64,000 bases of DNA. It comes from Candidatus Levyibacteriota bacterium. GTDB taxonomy: Bacteria; Patescibacteriota; Microgenomatia; Levybacterales; UBA12049. Position numbers and translations under genes: made by a program. Under the pieces are notes generated by a model that worked only from the letters and a program-made list of their open reading frames with translations, made no database searches and was not told the origin of the DNA. The stretch spans positions 5,939 to 69,938 of the forward strand of contig JBPOIT010000002.1 of assembly GCA_052034235.1 (NCBI GenBank). Direction: 5' to 3'. Below are positions 58,471 to 64,000 of the stretch, one piece after another; within the stretch, counting starts at the first letter, position 1, and each line of letters starts with the position of its first letter.

Positions 58471-59808
58471 ATGGTACGTGCCGCAATTAACGGATATGGA
58501 CGCATAGGAAGAGTAGCGCATAGAGTAATACTCCAATGGCATAGTGAAGATATTGAAGTTGTCGCTATCAATGTCGGTTCCTCAACTGATCTGAAAGGCT
58601 GGATGTATTTACTCAAATACGACAGTGTCTACGGTCTTTTGCCTTTTGATGTGTCAGTGAAACCAAATCCTGATCCTACAAACAAATCATTCCTCGGACA
58701 CATTGTGGTAAGTGGAAAAGAAATCCCAGTATATTCACAAAAAGATCCAACGCTTCTTCCGTGGAAAGATCTCAATATTGATGTCGTTGTGGAGTGCACT
58801 GGTGCATTTACCAGTAAGGAGAAAATTTCACAACACATTGCAGCGGGGGCAAAAGCAGCGGTTCTTTCAGCACCAGCAAAAGACGGTGAGCCAATCCCAA
58901 CATATGTCGTTTCAGTCAATGACAGTAACTACCAGGGAGAAAATATCATTTCCAACGCTTCATGCACTACAAATTGTATTACTCCACCTGCCAAAGTTAT
59001 TGAAGAGGCTTTTGGTATTCAAAAAGCGATGATGACAACTGTTCATGGTTATACCTCAGATCAAGAACTGCATGACGGTGGACACAAAGATTATCGTCGT
59101 GCTCGCGCTGCTGCCTTAAATATCGTTCCAACTTCAACAGGTGCCACGATAGCTGCTGCAGAAGCTTTACCATCACTCAAAGGAGTCTTCGCTGGACTTT
59201 CATTACGTGTTCCAATCCCGGTTGGCTCACTGTCTGATATAACCTTTCTTTTGAAGCGCGATGTTACCGTGCAAGAAGTCAATGACGCCCTGAAACGGGA
59301 ATCTGAAAATCCAAACTATAAAGGCATTTTGGCAGTGACTGAAGATCCGATTGTTTCAAGTGATATTATCGGCAATTCACACTCTAGTATTGTCGATTTG
59401 TCACTTACGCAGGTTGTTGGAGGTAATATGTTGAAGATTGTTGCTTGGTATGATAATGAATACGGTTATGCTAACCGTCTTGTTGAACAAAGTGTTATGG
59501 TAGGGCAGAAAGTTTCTGCACCAGCTGCACCTGGCACAGACACAACCCAACCACAGCCTCAAGATGTTCCAACACCACAACCCCAGCAGCCTGTACAACC
59601 AGAACCTCAACAGCCGCAGCCTGAACAGCCGCAAATGCCGCCAGTTGAACCGCAAGTTCCACCAATCCTGCCTGTTGATCAAAATCCTCAGCCGGTACAG
59701 GAAAGTGGTCAACTCCCACAGCAAGATCCAAATCAACAACCTATCCAGCAGGATGGAGGACAACCTCCTGTTGATCCGAATCAACAGCCTCAGAATCCTA
59801 CAAACTAA
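58471..59808 (+). CDS. gap: Glyceraldehyde-3-phosphate dehydrogenase with ~95-aa C-terminal Pro/Gln-rich extension
   Basis: NGYGRIGR NAD-binding motif, active site SNASCTTNC, WYDNEYGY. The tail runs from PAAPGTDTTQPQPQDVPTPQPQQPVQPEPQQPQP to NQQPQNPTN. Confidence 0.9.
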   Translation: MVRAAINGYGRIGRVAHRVILQWHSEDIEVVAINVGSSTDLKGWMYLLKYDSVYGLLPFDVSVKPNPDPTNKSFLGHIVVSGKEIPVYSQKDPTLLPWKDLNIDVVVECTGAFTSKEKISQHIAAGAKAAVLSAPAKDGEPIPTYVVSVNDSNYQGENIISNASCTTNCITPPAKVIEEAFGIQKAMMTTVHGYTSDQELHDGGHKDYRRARAAALNIVPTSTGATIAAAEALPSLKGVFAGLSLRVPIPVGSLSDITFLLKRDVTVQEVNDALKRESENPNYKGILAVTEDPIVSSDIIGNSHSSIVDLSLTQVVGGNMLKIVAWYDNEYGYANRLVEQSVMVGQKVSAPAAPGTDTTQPQPQDVPTPQPQQPVQPEPQQPQPEQPQMPPVEPQVPPILPVDQNPQPVQESGQLPQQDPNQQPIQQDGGQPPVDPNQQPQNPTN

Positions 59809-59874
59809 ATTCGTTTGCAATAAAAATGCTAAATGGCAAATTCCCCGCAAAATGGGTATAATACTCAGTACTAT

Positions 59875-60456
59875 ATGGATAAACCTATGGAACTACCCGG
59901 AATTCGCATTATAACCGTTTCTGGCCGCATCGGAGCTGGTTCTACATCACTTGCCCGACATATCGCAAAAACGCTGTCCTGGAAGCATATAGAGGGCGGA
60001 GAGATATTCTGGGAAGCGGTTCGGAAAAAGATGCAGCTATCTCCCAAAGATACCAATCTGAGACCTGATGAGGAAGATGTCCTCTTTGATGAAAAATTAA
60101 AGGAAATACTCCAAAACGAAAAACATATTGTCCTTGAAACCAAATTGGCCGGATTTTTGGCACAGGGTCTACCTGATATCTTCAAAGTGGCTGTTATTTG
60201 TGAGGAAAATGGGGAAGATAGAGCTGAAATAAGAATAGATAGATTGGTAAATAGGGAAGAAGTGTCAATCGATGATGCAAAAGAAGAAGTGTTTCAGCGC
60301 GAACACAACGATTTGACGAAATGGCGCAAATTATATGTGAATAATGATCAAGACTGGATATATTGGGACAAAAAATACTTTGATTTAATTGTAAATACCT
60401 TTGATCATAATCAGGAAGAAAGCAGATCATTAGTACTTGACGCACTTGGATTATAG
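59875..60456 (+). CDS. Cytidylate kinase family 2 (archaeal-type CMP kinase)-like P-loop protein
   Basis: P-loop ITVSGRIGAGSTSLARHIA; ~190 aa. Start set at the ATG 12 nt after a TATAAT box (59857-59862), which lies inside the track ORF. Confidence 0.5.
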   Translation: MDKPMELPGIRIITVSGRIGAGSTSLARHIAKTLSWKHIEGGEIFWEAVRKKMQLSPKDTNLRPDEEDVLFDEKLKEILQNEKHIVLETKLAGFLAQGLPDIFKVAVICEENGEDRAEIRIDRLVNREEVSIDDAKEEVFQREHNDLTKWRKLYVNNDQDWIYWDKKYFDLIVNTFDHNQEESRSLVLDALGL

Positions 60457-60470
60457 CAAAATCAAAAATC

Positions 60471-61049
60471 ATGAATCAAAAGTCCCTCAGTCATAGCAAA
60501 AAACTTATAACAGCGGTATGCGGCTTGTCGCTCTTTTTGATCAGCGCTGGCTTTGTTTACGCCGATAGTTCAGAAAGTGCAGCTCTTATTTCTCCAACAC
60601 CAAAGCCTGTAGAATATGAATTGCCATATCCGGGATTACTTCCTGACCATCCGCTGTACTTTCTTCGTGCAGTAAGAGATACCATGCAGAATATTTTCAC
60701 CTCAAATCCATTAAAGAAAGCTGAATTTCATTTGTTGCAGGCTGATAAAAGTGTCAGTGCAAGTGTGCTTTTGTCTGAAAAGCAAGATACACTGCAGCTT
60801 GCAGGTGCGACGGCTGTTGAAGCCCAAGTGCATTTTGAAAAAGCACTTGATTTTCTTGGGAATGCAAAGACACAAGGGCTAGAAGTAAATGAGCTCGCAA
60901 GAAAAATGCATTTAGCAAATGAAAAACACCAGGAGACATTACTCCTTCTCGAAAATGGTGCTGAAAAACATCGTGAGGAATTTACCAAAGCAGTGCAGAA
61001 AGCACAAAGTGTCGAGAAAAAAGTAAAAGCATTTTTGCCCGAAGAATAG
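60471..61049 (+). CDS. Secreted DUF5667-like protein
   Basis: Signal peptide; LPYPGLLPDHPLYFLR motif typical of DUF5667; helical C-terminus. Confidence 0.35.
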   Translation: MNQKSLSHSKKLITAVCGLSLFLISAGFVYADSSESAALISPTPKPVEYELPYPGLLPDHPLYFLRAVRDTMQNIFTSNPLKKAEFHLLQADKSVSASVLLSEKQDTLQLAGATAVEAQVHFEKALDFLGNAKTQGLEVNELARKMHLANEKHQETLLLLENGAEKHREEFTKAVQKAQSVEKKVKAFLPEE

Positions 61050-61287
61050 AGTAAATCCAATTCTTTGTATATATTTTTACTACAACCCATAATCACTTGT
61101 AAGAAAACTAACTCAAAAAATACTCATCCAAGGCTATGGACCATTTTTGATATAATTAGTAGTAGTTGACACCACGGATGTAGTGTCATATGCTTTTTCT
61201 TGCACTAGATATAGACAAGTGCAGGGCAAGGTTTCATTACCACTTACGACAAACGCTAAGTAGGAATGAGAGCTGGAAAGGAACAAT

Positions 61288-61761
61288 ATGCATTGTCCAT
61301 ATTGCGGAGCTAAGAATTCAGAAGTTGTAGAGACACGAGACAGCGCGGACATGGATACGATCAGGAGACGAAGAGCGTGTCTTTCTTGCACAAAACGTTT
61401 TACAACGTATGAGCGAGTCGAGAATGTCCAGCTCGTTGTTATCAAACGTGACGGGAGACGAGAACAATATAACAGAGAAAAACTGAAAGCAGGACTTCTC
61501 AGAGCATGTGAGAAGACATTGATACCTGCAGATGTCATTGAAAAGGTCGTGACAGACATAACAAGAGAATTACGAGGATTAGGTTCACTTGAAGTAGAAA
61601 GCACCATTATAGGCGAATTGGTGGCGAGAGAACTAAAAAAACTTGATAAGGTAGCATATATCAGATTTGCAAGCGTCTTTAAAAGATTTATGGATGCTGA
61701 GGATTTTGAGAAAGAATTAAAACAATTGGTACTAAATACCAAAAACAAACCAACATTATGA
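61288..61761 (+). CDS. nrdR: Transcriptional repressor NrdR (zinc ribbon plus ATP-cone)
   Basis: MHCPYCGAKNSEVVETRDS...C..C zinc ribbon; VIKRDGRREQYNREKLKAGLLRACEK ATP-cone. Confidence 0.85.
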   Translation: MHCPYCGAKNSEVVETRDSADMDTIRRRRACLSCTKRFTTYERVENVQLVVIKRDGRREQYNREKLKAGLLRACEKTLIPADVIEKVVTDITRELRGLGSLEVESTIIGELVARELKKLDKVAYIRFASVFKRFMDAEDFEKELKQLVLNTKNKPTL

Positions 61762-64000
61762 AAAACGAAGAAATTCAATTAGAAGGAATAAGACTGAAAG
61801 TGTTTATGGATCGCTATTCTCTGAAAGACGAGAAGGGTGAACCAACAGAACACACTCCTGCAGAAATGTGGAGAAGGGTAGCTCGTGGTATTGCTGCAAC
61901 TGAAAAGAAGGCTGATCGCAAACAATGGGAAGATACCTTCTATCACACGATGGAAGATTTCAAATTTGTGCCTGCCGGTCGTATTCTTTCAGGCGCGGGT
62001 ACAGGTTATCAAGTAACATATTTTAATTGCTTTGTTATTCCATCTCCAAAAGATTCACGCCATGGCATTTTAGAAGCACTCGGCCAATTAGTTGAGATTC
62101 AAGCTCGCTCAGGCGGCGTTGGCCTTAATCTTTCATCGCTTCGTCCGAAAGGCGCACGTGTCAAAAAAGTAAACGGCACATCATCAGGTCCTGTTAACTG
62201 GGCAACACTCTTCTCAGTCGCAACTCATGATATTGTCCAGCAGGGTGGATCACGTCGCGGTGCAACCATGCTTATGCTTTGGGATTGGCATCCAGATATT
62301 GAGGAGTTCATCACTGTCAAACAAGACCTTACCAAGATTAACGGCGCAAATCTCTCAGTTTGTATCTCCGACGGCTTCATGGAAGCTGTGAAGAAAGATG
62401 ACGATTGGGATCTTGTCTATCCTGATCTTACCGATTCGAAATATGATTCAGACTGGGATGGCGACATGACAAAATGGCGCAAACTTGGTGGAAAAGTTAT
62501 TGTCCACAAAACCGTTAAAGCACGATATCTCTGGGATCTGATCTGCACTGCTGCCTGGCGCAGCGCAGAACCTGGACTGCACTTTTTGGAGCGCAGTAAT
62601 AAGCGTTCAAATACCTGGTACTTTGAGCAGTTGGTTGCAACCAACCCGTGCGGTGAACAGCCGCTCGGTCCTTGGGCTGTCTGCAACCTCGGTGCTATGA
62701 ATTTGGCTGCGTATGTGGATGCAAAGGGTGAATTTGATTACACCAACTTTGGACGTGACGTTCGTGTTGCGATTCGTATGCTTGATAACGTTATTGATGA
62801 GACATACTATTTTTTCAAAGAAAACGAAACAGTTGCCAAGGATATCCGCCGAACAGGGCTTGGTATCATGGGTATTGCTGACGCACTTATCAAGATGAAA
62901 ATCAGATATGGCTCAGAAGAATCGCTTCCAGTCATCAGAAAGATCTTCCAAACACTCCGTGACCATGCGTATGAAGCATCAGCAGATCTTGCCAAAGAAA
63001 AAGGCAAATTCCCTAAGTTTGAGAAAGAAAAATATCTGAAGGGTTATCATGTGCAAGCTTTGCCAAAGAAACTTCAGGATAAAATTGCGAAGCAGGGAAT
63101 CCGAAATGCTGTTTTATTGACGATTGCTCCAACAGGAACAACATCACTTCTTGCCGGTGTTTCAAGTGGTATTGAACCAGTTTATGAATTTGTTTTCCGC
63201 CGCCGTGACAGAACCGGCGAACACATGATGTATCATCCGCTGCTTGAAGAATGGAAGAAACAACACCCAACGGAAGAGCGTCCTGAATATTTTGCATCAG
63301 CCAATGATTTAACCCCACTTGAACATACCAAAGTGCAGGCTATTGCTCAGGAATATATAGACTCATCAATTTCAAAGACAGTAAACGCACCTAATGCTCA
63401 TACTGTTGATGACGTGAAGTCGCTTTACATGGCAGCATATGACATGGGACTGAAAGGTGTAACCTATATGCGCGATGGATCACGACAAGGTGTTCTTGAG
63501 CGAGTTGATGAAAAACCAAAAGCTGCTGAAGCAACTGTTGCGCAGGAAGAAGTTAAGCCAACCATTCCAGTAACACCTCGTATCCCACGTCCAAGTGTGT
63601 TGATGGGTGTGACCTACAAGGCTGATAGTCCAATCGGTAAGATCTACATGACTATCAATGAAAATGAGAAACGTGAACCGTTTGAAGTCTTTATCAACCA
63701 TGGAAAATCAGGCTCTGATCTTATGGCTATGGCCGATGCGTTGGGACGTATGATTTCATTTGTCCTTCGTATCCATAGTCCTGTCCCAGCACGTGAACGT
63801 ATGCGAGAAATCGTATCTGAGCTTTCAGGTATCGGTGGATCACGCAGTATTGGATTTGGTGAAAATAGAGTCAGGTCTCTGCCTGATGCAGTCGCGAAAG
63901 TCCTCGCCAAACACTTCCAATTCCGTGTCAATGGCAAAGTAGAGGACAAGCAAACTATCGAAGCGGTTCATGCAACACCTATGGGAACAGCAACTGATGT
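61758..64000 (+). CDS. nrdJ: Class II (adenosylcobalamin-dependent) ribonucleotide reductase, 3'-partial (runs off the window)
   Basis: Hand-translated frame from the ATG at 61758 (ATGA overlap with the nrdR stop): active-site NPCGEQPLGPWAVCNLGAMNL and C-terminal RPSVLMGVTYKADSPIGKIYMTINE...PFEVFINHGKSGSD. No stop before 64000. Confidence 0.8.
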   Translation, partial: MKNEEIQLEGIRLKVFMDRYSLKDEKGEPTEHTPAEMWRRVARGIAATEKKADRKQWEDTFYHTMEDFKFVPAGRILSGAGTGYQVTYFNCFVIPSPKDSRHGILEALGQLVEIQARSGGVGLNLSSLRPKGARVKKVNGTSSGPVNWATLFSVATHDIVQQGGSRRGATMLMLWDWHPDIEEFITVKQDLTKINGANLSVCISDGFMEAVKKDDDWDLVYPDLTDSKYDSDWDGDMTKWRKLGGKVIVHKTVKARYLWDLICTAAWRSAEPGLHFLERSNKRSNTWYFEQLVATNPCGEQPLGPWAVCNLGAMNLAAYVDAKGEFDYTNFGRDVRVAIRMLDNVIDETYYFFKENETVAKDIRRTGLGIMGIADALIKMKIRYGSEESLPVIRKIFQTLRDHAYEASADLAKEKGKFPKFEKEKYLKGYHVQALPKKLQDKIAKQGIRNAVLLTIAPTGTTSLLAGVSSGIEPVYEFVFRRRDRTGEHMMYHPLLEEWKKQHPTEERPEYFASANDLTPLEHTKVQAIAQEYIDSSISKTVNAPNAHTVDDVKSLYMAAYDMGLKGVTYMRDGSRQGVLERVDEKPKAAEATVAQEEVKPTIPVTPRIPRPSVLMGVTYKADSPIGKIYMTINENEKREPFEVFINHGKSGSDLMAMADALGRMISFVLRIHSPVPARERMREIVSELSGIGGSRSIGFGENRVRSLPDAVAKVLAKHFQFRVNGKVEDKQTIEAVHATPMGTATD

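Noticed and set aside
61134-61778. 214-aa minus-strand ORF overlapping nrdR and its promoter
   Set aside because: Antisense to nrdR (zinc ribbon plus ATP-cone clearly coding on plus); Ser/Leu/Phe-rich.

Overview
This 64-kb window is AT-rich (~38-40% GC), gene-dense chromosomal DNA from a small-genome bacterium. Short intergenic regions, many 4-nt ATGA/TAATG start-stop overlaps and numerous secreted proteins make it reminiscent of a Patescibacteria/CPR-like or similar reduced genome, but that taxonomic guess is inference only. Its contents, in order along the window:

- **1-6.5 kb (minus strand):** F-type ATP synthase operon atpC-atpD-atpG-atpA-atpH-atpF. A canonical c subunit and an a subunit are missing. 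In the atpE position sits an atypical signal-peptide protein with a c-subunit-like C-terminal hairpin.
- **6.5-13.4 kb:** divergent MgtE transmembrane-only gene, then a plus-strand operon: P2-type cation ATPase, membrane protein, CcdA/DsbD-like thiol-disulfide transporter, stand-alone ATP-cone protein, class I FAD disulfide reductase.
- **13.4-19.7 kb:** dnaG-rpoD, an orphan multi-TM sensor histidine kinase, and a membrane-anchored spermidine-synthase-like protein.
- **20.5-33.5 kb:** tRNA-Asn(GTT) followed by a stress/detox/metal-homeostasis cluster. It holds DUF1428, three PhnB/VOC proteins, a SET-domain protein, DUF1801, copA-copZ with a cupredoxin-tailed membrane protein, ArsR-SRPBCC-PhnB-MFS, and an EEP nuclease.
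- **33.5-46.2 kb:** a secretome cluster. It holds a triple-FN3 protein, a CAP/SCP protein, an Rpf-like transglycosylase, two metzincin paralogs (one with a QExxH variant), and a 468-aa His/Asp/Lys/Tyr-rich secreted low-complexity protein.
- **46.4-49.7 kb (minus strand):** aminosugar operon (DegT aminotransferase, NAD epimerase/dehydratase, GT4).
- **49.8-57.5 kb:** TrpR-like (YerC/YecD) gene, terminator-like hairpin, complete trpEGDCFBA with overlapping coupled starts, and trpS.
- **57.5-64 kb:** DMT transporter, GAPDH with a ~95-aa Pro/Gln-rich tail, archaeal-type CMP kinase, DUF5667-like secreted protein, nrdR overlapping a class II (B12) ribonucleotide reductase that runs off the window end.

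A recurrent feature is near-consensus sigma70 promoters whose -10 box sits 6-8 nt upstream of the ATG, predicting leaderless mRNAs. Palindromic operators overlap the copA promoter (CsoR-like) and the arsR promoter. No CRISPR arrays, integrases or transposases were seen.
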